Shown: positions 26,520 through 34,541 of the stretch, in pieces | Position numbering within the stretch: position 1 is the first letter of the stretch | Layout of the letters: the number at the start of each line of letters is the position of its first letter | DNA from: a virus | Taxonomy: Duplodnaviria > Caudoviricetes | Reading direction: 5' to 3' (one strand) | Virus record (IMG/VR): IMGVR_UViG_3300020045_005555 | Coordinates: 1-34,541 of that record | Length of the DNA stretch: 34,541 nucleotides | Position numbers and translations under genes: made by a program | Notes under the pieces: model-generated | Told to the model about the DNA's origin: nothing | Seen by the model: only the letters and a program-made list of their open reading frames with translations | Databases searched by the model: none

Positions 26520-27506
26520 ATGATTGACATTTCAAAAAGAAAACTAATCGAAGGCGAAACTAATAATTTAATGGCTCTTCATCCATTAAAGCACGCTTGG
26601 GCTAAAGAAGTATTTGATAAGATGCGAACTAATAGTTGGCATGAATCAGAAGTAGATTTATCGGGGGATGCAAAGCAATATCAGACTGGTGTGTTGAATG
26701 AAGGTAATTTATTCTGTTATACCAAAGCATTAGCGTTCCTTAGTAATTTAGATGGAATTCAATTTAATAGTCTCACAACTAACATTGGAAGATGGATTAC
26801 ATCACCTGAAGTACAAATGTGTATCTCACGCCAAGTGTTTGAAGAAGCCCAGCACGTTGTGTCATACGACGCAATGATTTCAAGTATTGGGTTTGACCCA
26901 GAATCAATTTATTATGCGTTTGAGACCGATTCTGTGTTATCTGATAAAAATGAATTTATCACACGTTCGTCACAATTATTAGGTAAAGGGTTTACACCAC
27001 AAAACTTCGCTAAAGCCATCGTGGCGAATGTTGCTCTTGAAGGTATTTATTTCTTCAGTGGATTCTTAAACTTTTTCAATTTAGAAAGACAAGGTTTAAT
27101 GCGAGGGTCTGCTAAAATGATTAGGTTTATTTTGAGAGATGAAATTACACACATGAATCTGTTTGTGAATATGTGGAAGACGCTTAAATCAGAGCGTCCT
27201 GAATTGTTTACTCCAGAGTTATTATCAGATTGTCGAGAGATTATTAAATTGGCTACTGAGCATGAAATAGCTTGGGGTAAATATATCATTTCACATGGTG
27301 TGCTAGGATTAACTGATTCTATAAGCGAATCGTTTATTAAAGACCTTGCTAATAAACGCACACTGTTGTTAGAATTAGGCGAAATTCCTTATAAAGGTAA
27401 TGTTAATCTAGCCCCATGGTTTGATAAAGCGTCAAGTGGGGAAGTTGAGGAAAACTTCTTTGAAAGTAAAGTCAGTACCTATTCTGTAGGGTCATTAGAA
27501 TGGTAA
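26520..27506 (+). CDS. nrdB: Ribonucleotide reductase beta subunit (class Ia type)
   Basis: W..SEVDL..D, LDGIQ, EEAQHVVSY, LEGIYFFSGF, RDEITH, NFFE.KV..Y. Confidence 0.96.
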   Translation: MIDISKRKLIEGETNNLMALHPLKHAWAKEVFDKMRTNSWHESEVDLSGDAKQYQTGVLNEGNLFCYTKALAFLSNLDGIQFNSLTTNIGRWITSPEVQMCISRQVFEEAQHVVSYDAMISSIGFDPESIYYAFETDSVLSDKNEFITRSSQLLGKGFTPQNFAKAIVANVALEGIYFFSGFLNFFNLERQGLMRGSAKMIRFILRDEITHMNLFVNMWKTLKSERPELFTPELLSDCREIIKLATEHEIAWGKYIISHGVLGLTDSISESFIKDLANKRTLLLELGEIPYKGNVNLAPWFDKASSGEVEENFFESKVSTYSVGSLEW

Positions 27507-27514
27507 TTAAATAC

Positions 27515-27572
27515 TTGACAACTTCCCAATAACAACCGACAATAACTCACCTTAGCGATTAAGGTGAGTTAT
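27515..27572 (+). promoter_or_regulatory. sigma70-type promoter followed by inverted repeat
   Basis: TTGACA-17 nt-GACAAT; ATAACTCACCTTA/TAAGGTGAGTTAT arms at 27542-27572. Confidence 0.55.
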
Positions 27573-27591
27573 ACAACTAAAAGGAATCAAA

Positions 27592-27828
27592 ATGGGAACA
27601 TATAATAGATTGCACTTGACTTGTCCAAAATGCGAAACTCATAATGAGTTTCAATCTAAAGGAAGCTCTTGTGAGCAATTGGATTTTTCATTAAATAACG
27701 CGCCCTACGAAGATTTGAATAATTGCGTCAATGATGATTCTATTTGTAAAATTTGCGGTACTATATACAGGTTATGTAAATCAGAGCAACGCGACGCAGG
27801 GTCTTTCATGACGCTGTTTTATACATAA
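27592..27828 (+). CDS. Zinc-ribbon hypothetical protein
   Basis: CPKC..FQSKG..C ... CKICG; AAGGA RBS. Confidence 0.75.
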   Translation: MGTYNRLHLTCPKCETHNEFQSKGSSCEQLDFSLNNAPYEDLNNCVNDDSICKICGTIYRLCKSEQRDAGSFMTLFYT

Positions 27829-27840
27829 TGAGGTTTAAAA

Positions 27841-28233
27841 ATGTCAATTAAAAACAAATCGGAATTAATACGTTCTTATAAATTACTTGATTTTATCAAG
27901 AATACCGTATTATACTCAACAACTGGTATCGATGAAATATCAGTTAGAATTCAAGACGGTATCTTAGAATTTTTAGCACAACACGATTATCTTGGAAATG
28001 AGTATGTTGAATTAAATGTCAATTATGCGCACGATTGTAAAGCTACGCAAAACCACATCTTTAAGTTGCAAGCAGATTTAGATATGACCCGCGCAGAGCT
28101 TAATCTGTTAATTAAAACGACTGCAGATAATAGCGAAGCTAACATGTTCTATATCAACAAACTAATTGGCGATACTAAAAAACAGCTTTTAGAAAAAGAC
28201 ATTCTTATTGCCCAACTACAGGAATCAAAATGA
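27841..28233 (+). CDS. Hypothetical coiled-coil protein
   Basis: GAGG RBS. Confidence 0.7.
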   Translation: MSIKNKSELIRSYKLLDFIKNTVLYSTTGIDEISVRIQDGILEFLAQHDYLGNEYVELNVNYAHDCKATQNHIFKLQADLDMTRAELNLLIKTTADNSEANMFYINKLIGDTKKQLLEKDILIAQLQESK

Positions 28234-28619
28234 AAAAATTATTACTTGCTAGTATTCTAGCAATAGTATCGACATCCAGCTACGCACATGGAAGTAGTCA
28301 TCCGAGATGGCAACATTATTTAGATGATAATAAAATGGAATATGCTTCTTGTTATAACACTATTGTATCAACAGTTAGAGACTTGAAGATAACTAAACAA
28401 GAGTGTGAAAAAAGAGAACATTGGTACAGTAGTTGTCACGTTACTACTAATACATACAAAACAATAGTGACTATCGAAGTTTCGTCGGACGAATTATTGA
28501 CATTTCAAGGGGAATGCAGTGATTTTACTAGCTATGAATTACCAAACCGAGAATCCTTTAAAATCAAAGACTCACAAGAATCACTAGCTATTAAAATTTT
28601 AAACGAGAATAAAAAATGA
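28230..28619 (+). CDS. Exported protein with Sec signal peptide
   Basis: MKKLLLASILAIVSTSSYA, four Cys. Confidence 0.75.
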   Translation: MKKLLLASILAIVSTSSYAHGSSHPRWQHYLDDNKMEYASCYNTIVSTVRDLKITKQECEKREHWYSSCHVTTNTYKTIVTIEVSSDELLTFQGECSDFTSYELPNRESFKIKDSQESLAIKILNENKK

Positions 28620-29032
28620 AAAAACCAAAAGTAAAAATCAAGTTAAAAACCTCAGCAATGGATGTTTCATCTGAGCATATTGAACAATGTAAAGTCGTCG
28701 CATTCTGTGAAAATTACCCACAGTTACGGAATATCTTTAGACAAGGTAATGGTGGAAAACGTAGTATTGTGTCAGCAATGAAAGCGAAAGCTGAGGGTGA
28801 AAAAAATGGCATCCCAGATTTATTTTTGCCGTTACCTACAAGTGAATATCATGGGTTATTTATCGAGATGAAAAAACTGAAAGGCGGGGTCGTTTCAGAA
28901 TATCAAAAAGATTGGCTTGAGCGACTTAATACTGCTGGTTACAAAGCAGTGGTTTGTAAAGGGCATCTCGAAGCTATCAGTGTGCTATGTGAGTATATCA
29001 ATGTGAATAACCCTTATCAGGCGCACGAATGA
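28616..29032 (+). CDS. VRR-NUC domain nuclease
   Basis: SEHIEQ, NGGKR, K.EG...GIPDL, GLFIEMK, G.VS..QK.W..L...GY..VVC. Confidence 0.9.
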   Translation: MKKPKVKIKLKTSAMDVSSEHIEQCKVVAFCENYPQLRNIFRQGNGGKRSIVSAMKAKAEGEKNGIPDLFLPLPTSEYHGLFIEMKKLKGGVVSEYQKDWLERLNTAGYKAVVCKGHLEAISVLCEYINVNNPYQAHE

Positions 29033-29262
29033 AAACTACAATTACAAGACAAGAAATCCAAGATAGATTGCAAGTCACAGATATGCAAATAGCTATGGCT
29101 GAATCATCCGGTTTAATTCCTGAGTCAGAAACAGGTATTTGGGAATTATCGCGCATTGAATTACTATTAAATCATTGGGGAGGTAAACTTTCGCGCAAAC
29201 GCCTACTACATTCGGATTATATAGAATCCGGTGATCATATTTTCCCTAAACATCAAAGGTAA
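29029..29262 (+). CDS. Hypothetical protein, possible HTH
   Basis: ITRQEI..RL.V......SGLIP....W. Confidence 0.6.
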   Translation: MKTTITRQEIQDRLQVTDMQIAMAESSGLIPESETGIWELSRIELLLNHWGGKLSRKRLLHSDYIESGDHIFPKHQR

Positions 29263-29264
29263 TC

Positions 29265-29444
29265 ATGACAAAACTTTGGATTATGTTTCACCTTTTAAAC
29301 AACGGTGCGTTAATTGATACTGGACATCGATATAAAACTAAGTTAGAATGTGTCAATGCCATTACTCATGCACAGATATTCCCAGTGCAATCGTTAATGA
29401 ATAGTGATTCTTTTTTACATTGTGGTAGAATTCAGGAGAAGTGA
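29265..29444 (+). CDS. Small hypothetical protein (59 aa)
   Basis: Translated by hand; YKTKLECVNA...C. Confidence 0.55.
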   Translation: MTKLWIMFHLLNNGALIDTGHRYKTKLECVNAITHAQIFPVQSLMNSDSFLHCGRIQEK

Positions 29445-29579
29445 GATGTTAGATTATATTAGTATTTTGATAACAGGGTTTTTTGTAGCTTATGCTATCT
29501 ATGAACCTAGTAAAAGCAATATCACATGGGCGATATTATTTGTAACATTAGATTTGATTTCACATTCAGGAGTATTAAA

Positions 29580-29786
29580 ATGAAAGATATATTGAGATTC
29601 TTTAAAATATATTGGTTAGGGTTAGTTATTTTAGCTATCGGATATTCAATGTGTACTAGCGCGATTGTTTCACTATTCGGACATGACGCGCAATTACTAT
29701 TGAATGGTGTTATTTGGATGGTATGGGGGATTTTCACATACGTTAATAAATTAGACGAGGCAGGTTATGAAAATGAAAGTTTGTAG
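29580..29786 (+). CDS. Membrane protein (2 TM)
   Basis: CAGGAG RBS; hydrophobic. Confidence 0.7.
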   Translation: MKDILRFFKIYWLGLVILAIGYSMCTSAIVSLFGHDAQLLLNGVIWMVWGIFTYVNKLDEAGYENESL

Positions 29787-29840
29787 TATTTGCGGATATA
29801 ACCCCTGTATTTGCGGAAGTTTCTACGTCGGAGTTTTAAA

Positions 29841-30203
29841 ATGAGCAAAATCGAAGACCAAGTGTGCGCTAAATTACAACATCGCGCTGCTATTGGGTTA
29901 TTTAAATACGGCGTGACATTAGAACGTACTGACTTAAATGTAATGGACTGGGCTAATCACTTGCAAGAGGAGTTGATGGACGCTTGTAATTACCTAGAGA
30001 AGTTCATGTGTCAGGAAGAACCTACAGGTGATGATTTCAACACTGTGAGTACACAGATGCTGCATAAGATTACCAATGCAGAATTTACTGAAGAGCAATC
30101 GTCATTATTAGTTAGTAATTTGCAAGCGTTGTTAGATTATTTAGCTAATCGCTCGCGGGAATCATCTGAATCTCCTGAGCAATTAGAACTCCCTACTGAA
30201 TAG
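29841..30203 (+). CDS. All-alpha NTP pyrophosphatase (MazG/dUTPase-like fold) candidate
   Basis: R...GL.KYG.TL.R.DL...W..HLQEELMD..NY; function is inference. Confidence 0.6.
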   Translation: MSKIEDQVCAKLQHRAAIGLFKYGVTLERTDLNVMDWANHLQEELMDACNYLEKFMCQEEPTGDDFNTVSTQMLHKITNAEFTEEQSSLLVSNLQALLDYLANRSRESSESPEQLELPTE

Positions 30204-30220
30204 AGATATTAGTCGTGATT

Positions 30221-30364
30221 ATGATACAATGTACAAATGAGGATTGTCCAAGCAAAGAGTCATGTAAATTATTCATGACTATTGAATTGAAAGGGTTAAA
30301 GCGATATGTTAGGTACAAATATCGTGGAGATAGGTGTGAATTTTTTGTTAGGTTTGGTAAATGA
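30221..30364 (+). CDS. Small Cys-rich protein
   Basis: MIQCTNEDCPSKESC...CEFF. Confidence 0.5.
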   Translation: MIQCTNEDCPSKESCKLFMTIELKGLKRYVRYKYRGDRCEFFVRFGK

Positions 30365-30640
30365 TCAGAGATATTTTAAAAAGGGTTTGGTACTCATTAC
30401 CGTTCCATAGATGTAAATACTATAAGTATTATTTGAAAACTCGTACCAAGAAATGTATTGACTGTGGTAGGATTATTAACTTAAAATGAAATCTCAACGG
30501 ACACTACAACAACGCGCGGACTTACTAATCAGCGCAAAGATATTACTTCCTAACGGGACGTTCCGTCCTGAATTCTTAAGATGGGAAACCGTTAGGAAGT
30601 CTCGAAGAAACAAAATTTTTAATAAATCAGGAGAATTGAA

Positions 30641-31249
30641 ATGGCAAAACAAGAAATGGTACTAGCAGTGCGAGCGTCTGCTTTTAAAGAGATTACTCAA
30701 AAAGAATCAGGTTTTATGGCTGATGTAAACATCGATTTATTATTCCAACCTAAAGATGTGATTATTGCGTCACGAGAATGGCTTGAGAATGATACGGATT
30801 GGTTACAACTATTAGGATATGTAACAGTTAGATGTGATACCAAAGTGTTACTATACTCGCGTACAAGCAATGGTGGTGAAAGTAGATTACATGATAAATT
30901 AAGCATTTTTTACGGAGGTCATACATCTATTGATGATATTACTACGTTCAATGAAACAATCAATTTATCACAAACAATAGCTACCGCCACATCACGAGAG
31001 CTAGGTGAAGAGTTAGGGTTGATTGTGCTTGAGCCAGATATTGAATTCAAAGGCTTAGTATGGGACTTTACTGATGAGGTAGGTAAAGTACATCTTGGGT
31101 TACTCGGAGAAATTACTCTCGATACTGATGCCGATTTAGATGTGGAAGATTGCGTTAAGTTACTAGGATTTAAGACTATCGAAGAAATCACTTATTCTTA
31201 CTACCCTGCTCTTGAGAAGTGGTCACAGATTGGGATTACTCAATTATGA
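30641..31249 (+). CDS. NUDIX-fold phosphoesterase (YmaB/COG4112-like)
   Basis: LE.D..WLQ..Y, GGESRLHDKLSI..GGH, RELGEELG, EVGKVHLG, LEKWS. Confidence 0.85.
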   Translation: MAKQEMVLAVRASAFKEITQKESGFMADVNIDLLFQPKDVIIASREWLENDTDWLQLLGYVTVRCDTKVLLYSRTSNGGESRLHDKLSIFYGGHTSIDDITTFNETINLSQTIATATSRELGEELGLIVLEPDIEFKGLVWDFTDEVGKVHLGLLGEITLDTDADLDVEDCVKLLGFKTIEEITYSYYPALEKWSQIGITQL

Positions 31250-31401
31250 AAATCCTAAATAAAGACGTAACTTTACCTGAAGCAGCTACTTGGTCGGACG
31301 TTAAAACTAAGTCCGGGTGTTTGATTTATATCCCATTCAGGTCTGAATATGATGCTGATGGTTACGCTGATTATTTGAAGTTTGAAGCGTCTAATATGTA
31401 A
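31246..31401 (+). CDS. Small hypothetical protein
   Basis: ATGA overlap with NUDIX gene. Confidence 0.5.
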   Translation: MKILNKDVTLPEAATWSDVKTKSGCLIYIPFRSEYDADGYADYLKFEASNM

Positions 31402-31413
31402 TTATAATTGTAC

Positions 31414-31449
31414 TTGACAAACTAACCTAGATAGGGTACTATCTAGGTT
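31414..31449 (+). promoter_or_regulatory. sigma70-type promoter for lysis genes overlapped by inverted repeat
   Basis: TTGACA-17 nt-TACTAT; AACCTAGATAG-GGTA-CTATCTAGGTT. Confidence 0.65.
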
Positions 31450-31473
31450 TATTATTATTTAAGGGAGAAATTC

Positions 31474-31941
31474 ATGAAAATTAACGAAAAGGGCTTATCG
31501 GCATTAAAGAGACACGAAGGGTTTGTTAGTAAAGTGTATAAATGTACGGCTGGCAAAGACACTATCGGCTTTGGGTACAATATTTCAGCAAATCCGCTTA
31601 AACTAGATAAAACTATTTTAGATAGGTTATATTCTACTGGTATTTCAAAAGAATATGCCGAAGATTTATTATTAGCGGTACTTGTTAAATTTGAAACAAA
31701 ATTACAACAAAACTTACCGTGGTTTGAGGGCTTAGATTCTAACCGTCAATGGGTATTATTAAATATGGCATATAATTTAGGTGTTGATGGGTTATTGACG
31801 TTTAAAAATACGCTGGTGACTATTAGAAGTGGAGATTATGCTACGGCAGCTAAAATGATGTTACAGTCAAAATGGGCTAAACAAGTACACAGTAGAGCCG
31901 ACGAATTATCAACAGCAATGCTTTTAGGTAAATTTTTATGA
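31474..31941 (+). CDS. Endolysin, T4-like lysozyme (GH24)
   Basis: HEG....YKCTAGK.TIGFG, NMAYNLG..GL..FK, ML.SKWA.QV..RA. Confidence 0.93.
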   Translation: MKINEKGLSALKRHEGFVSKVYKCTAGKDTIGFGYNISANPLKLDKTILDRLYSTGISKEYAEDLLLAVLVKFETKLQQNLPWFEGLDSNRQWVLLNMAYNLGVDGLLTFKNTLVTIRSGDYATAAKMMLQSKWAKQVHSRADELSTAMLLGKFL

Positions 31942-32048
31942 CAGACCATTTCTTACTGCAATTCCAACCAAAACATAATCCTATGGTAGGATTCACTGTT
32001 TTCTCTTTAATCGCGTATTTACTTATTTTGTTATCATTATGCCTTTGA
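31938..32048 (+). CDS. 36-aa TM peptide within lysis cassette
   Basis: MTDHFLLQFQPKHNPMVGFTVFSLIAYLLILLSLCL; overlaps both lysozyme genes. Confidence 0.45.
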   Translation: MTDHFLLQFQPKHNPMVGFTVFSLIAYLLILLSLCL

Positions 32049-32485
32049 ACCAAACAGCAATTGACGCACTGTTGCAAACTAGAAAATTTTATGAATTCCC
32101 AACTGAAATTGACGATAACCTTTTAATTGGCTATTCGTATAATTTAGACATTAATGTTTTGAGCATTGCAAATGACATTATTGAAGATTATTTCACAGTG
32201 GGTATATCACAACATAAAGCTGAGTTATTATTAAAACTTGAATCGTATCGGTATGAAAACCAATTAGCTGCGGCTTATGAGTGGTTTTCTGAAGCGGATG
32301 ATGTGACTAAGTTTATTACCATCGCGCTAGTATTCGAGTTTAAATCGCTAGGTAAGTTACAATCACACAAAAAACTATTAACGTATTTAGCAGAGTCTAA
32401 GTACGGAGACGCTGTTTATTATTTGACAAAACTTAAAGTAAGCAGTAAAATTATCACGATACTAAAAACAGGAAAATTTAGATAA
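32039..32485 (+). CDS. Degenerate lysozyme paralogue lacking catalytic residues
   Basis: Colinear with 31474-31941 (IGYSYN/IGFGYN, GIS...AE.LL, WF, GKF) but no HEG motif. Confidence 0.7.
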   Translation: MPLNQTAIDALLQTRKFYEFPTEIDDNLLIGYSYNLDINVLSIANDIIEDYFTVGISQHKAELLLKLESYRYENQLAAAYEWFSEADDVTKFITIALVFEFKSLGKLQSHKKLLTYLAESKYGDAVYYLTKLKVSSKIITILKTGKFR

Positions 32486-32486
32486 A

Positions 32487-32909
32487 ATGGCAGACCCACA
32501 TGGATGTTCAGAGTTAAGAAGATTAGATAAAGCAGAAGATGCTATAAATGATGTGAAAGTATCTTTGATTGACATCAAGGACGTTTTATACACTATAGAT
32601 AAAGACTTTAATTCTAAATTGACTGATATGGCAGATAGATTCACAAAATTCTTTGTGACAATGGAAACCATAGCGGTTAAAACAGAAGAGCGTGACCGTC
32701 GCAACAGTGAGATATTTCAAGAGAATAAGTCATCATTTGAGCGTTATGGTAAGCGCATAGATGAATTAGAGGGTGCGCTTGGTAAGAATAGTACTGTGAA
32801 TGCCCAACAAGACTTGAAAATAGGCACGCTGGAAAAGGTATTGTATGGCGGATTAACATCATTAAGTGCATTGGGTATTTGGATTTTAGATTCGTTGTTA
32901 GACAAATAA
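32487..32909 (+). CDS. Coiled-coil protein with C-terminal TM helix (holin/XhlA-like candidate)
   Basis: Long heptad region then VLYGGLTSLSALGIWIL; in lysis cassette. Confidence 0.6.
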   Translation: MADPHGCSELRRLDKAEDAINDVKVSLIDIKDVLYTIDKDFNSKLTDMADRFTKFFVTMETIAVKTEERDRRNSEIFQENKSSFERYGKRIDELEGALGKNSTVNAQQDLKIGTLEKVLYGGLTSLSALGIWILDSLLDK

Positions 32910-32961
32910 TTTAATTTCGCATTTTTATTATAAGATGCGATTGATTTCGTAGGGGAAGGTT

Positions 32962-33099
32962 ATGAGTAATGGTGGTAAAGGTGACAAACAACGACCAGTT
33001 GATAGAAAAAAATTCAACGAAAATTGGGATAGAATTTTTGGTAAGAAGGTTGTAAAAAAAACTACTCCTGAGCAGGAAATATCATGCAAAATGCAATAA
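32962..33099 (+). CDS. Small conserved phage protein
   Basis: GGKGDKQRPVD...F.ENWDRIFG motif; AGGGGA RBS. Confidence 0.7.
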   Translation: MSNGGKGDKQRPVDRKKFNENWDRIFGKKVVKKTTPEQEISCKMQ

Positions 33100-33983
33100 A
33101 CTTCTGCTCTAATGCAATTAACAAAGATTTGCCTTATTTCTACATTAAAGACAAACGAATCTACGCATATAACGGTGCGTTCACGATGTCTGCACCGTTA
33201 GACTTACCTGATTGTTCACCTAAAGCAGAACAACTCGTAGGGGCGTTTAAAAACCAAGTATCGGCTAATGTGACTAAGACTCCAACAGGAAAGTTGTCAA
33301 TTAAAAACGGTAAATTGAAAGCGTTAGTTAATTGCAGTGAAACTTTCCTACTTAATACTGATGTGCCAGAAGGCGAAGTTGTCGAACTAAATTGTGATTT
33401 ATTATTGATATTGAAGCGACTACTACCATTCACAATTCAGTCGGATTTTAAATGGATGGATGGGGTAGTATTGTCAAATAACTACGCTTACGCGGCAAAT
33501 AACCCAGTTATCATTCGACATTTTACAGGGTTAGATGTTGATATGTGGATTAGCACAGCTACAATTAAAGCGTTGCTGAAGGTAAAAGAACCTATCGAAT
33601 CTATCACGGTTAGTAAAAATACAATCATTTTTAACTTTACTAATGACAAGTGGTTATCACAAAATAATTACTCAGGTGCGATTCCTGACTTAGCTAAGAT
33701 GTTGAATGATGTAACCTGTGATAATCTTATACCAGAAGAATTCTTTACAGGTATTGATTACTTAAAACCATTTGTTGATGAAAACTTTTCAAGAGTGATT
33801 ATTTCTGATGGAAAATTATCGACTGTTGACGGCACAGATTACGAATTACCTGTTACTGGCAGTGGCTCGTTCAACATTACTAATTTGTCATTATTGCGTG
33901 ATGTAGCGACTAATATCGATTTCACAAAAAATAACTTTACAGGTGTTGATATTCAGGGTAAGATTCATGGGTATCGGGATTAA
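33084..33983 (+). CDS. Phage DNA polymerase beta-clamp-like protein
   Basis: F.IK..RI.AYNG...MSAP, L.IK.GK, LKRLLPF....W..GV.L....AYA.NN pattern; size and beta-rich composition. Confidence 0.65.
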   Translation: MQNAINFCSNAINKDLPYFYIKDKRIYAYNGAFTMSAPLDLPDCSPKAEQLVGAFKNQVSANVTKTPTGKLSIKNGKLKALVNCSETFLLNTDVPEGEVVELNCDLLLILKRLLPFTIQSDFKWMDGVVLSNNYAYAANNPVIIRHFTGLDVDMWISTATIKALLKVKEPIESITVSKNTIIFNFTNDKWLSQNNYSGAIPDLAKMLNDVTCDNLIPEEFFTGIDYLKPFVDENFSRVIISDGKLSTVDGTDYELPVTGSGSFNITNLSLLRDVATNIDFTKNNFTGVDIQGKIHGYRD

Positions 33984-34002
33984 CTAACTAGGAGAAAATA
34001 AA

Positions 34003-34164
34003 ATGAGAATGTTAAAACTGTTAGCGGTAAGTTTGTATGTTATATCAATGTTGTTTAATTTTATAGCGTCTCTTTTTATGAGAGATGCCTTTAACTTAAT
34101 AATCAGCATTATGCAATATCAAATGTTTGAAGAATTCTATAAACTTTTGAATATCGAGAATTAA
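34003..34164 (+). CDS. Small membrane protein
   Basis: TAGGAG RBS; hydrophobic. Confidence 0.55.
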   Translation: MRMLKLLAVSLYVISMLFNFIASLFMRDAFNLIISIMQYQMFEEFYKLLNIEN

Positions 34165-34165
34165 A

Positions 34166-34309
34166 ATGAATGTCATTCAATTAGAATCACTCAAACTTAT
34201 TGATGAATTACTAGAAAGTATGGGAGATGATGAATTTTTAGAAGAGTACCATTCATTAGAACGCAACATTGGTATTTCTGTTGATGTATTTCTTCATAAA
34301 TCAAACTAA
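34166..34309 (+). CDS. Small acidic hypothetical protein
   Basis: MNVIQLESLKLIDELLESMGDDEFLEEY... Confidence 0.5.
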   Translation: MNVIQLESLKLIDELLESMGDDEFLEEYHSLERNIGISVDVFLHKSN

Positions 34310-34541
34310 TATCGGAATTTTATCATGAACTACAAAACACCTTACCAAATCAAAATGGATGCACGCGCCCGTAGCCTCACACTTAAACCTAAACCATCGT
34401 CAGATTGGTGTAAAGGCTTCTTTGTAGCAGAAGCTAATACTGAAATGCAGTAAGAAATGGTCTGTCATAAAAATTTACCTAAAAGCATTGCTGTTGATAA
34501 TTCGTCGGCTCTACTGTGTACTTGTTTAGCCCATTTTGACT

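Noticed and set aside
224-33433. Short opposite-strand and off-frame ORFs in the track (e.g. 224-436, 449-643, 11323-11583, 24666-25007, 33161-33433)
   Set aside because: They shadow well-supported genes, lack an RBS and show no motifs

Overview
AT-rich fragment of a dsDNA tailed-phage genome covering the early/middle region. No capsid, tail, terminase, primase or polymerase gene is recognisable. Almost all genes lie on the + strand, driven by several sigma70-type TTGACA promoters. Recombination and replication genes: RdgC, a UvrD-type helicase, a Sak4-like ATPase, Gp157, an SSB-like protein, HU, a Cas4-like nuclease, an intein-interrupted SF2 helicase, VRR-NUC and a clamp-like protein. Nucleotide metabolism: thyA, dfr, nrdAB, a MazG-like protein and a NUDIX protein. 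Also present are a GIY-YIG homing endonuclease, a nonsense-interrupted antirepressor, three orphan DNA methyltransferases, a tRNA(CAT), a lysis cassette and many small hypotheticals. RdgC and DUF2158 suggest a proteobacterial host (inference). Most notable observations: (i) two matching pseudoknot-type RNA leaders before the endonuclease and antirepressor; (ii) a ~340-nt structured non-coding region before the tRNA, with nearby sequences complementary to the phage's stereotyped CTTGGAGAA/TAGGAGA RBS; (iii) a 42-aa acidic peptide ending in an SSB-tail mimic; (iv) an apparently inactive lysozyme paralogue next to the endolysin; (v) a 198-bp inverted duplication at the left edge, most likely an artefact. 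All family calls come from motif recognition by eye, not from database searches.
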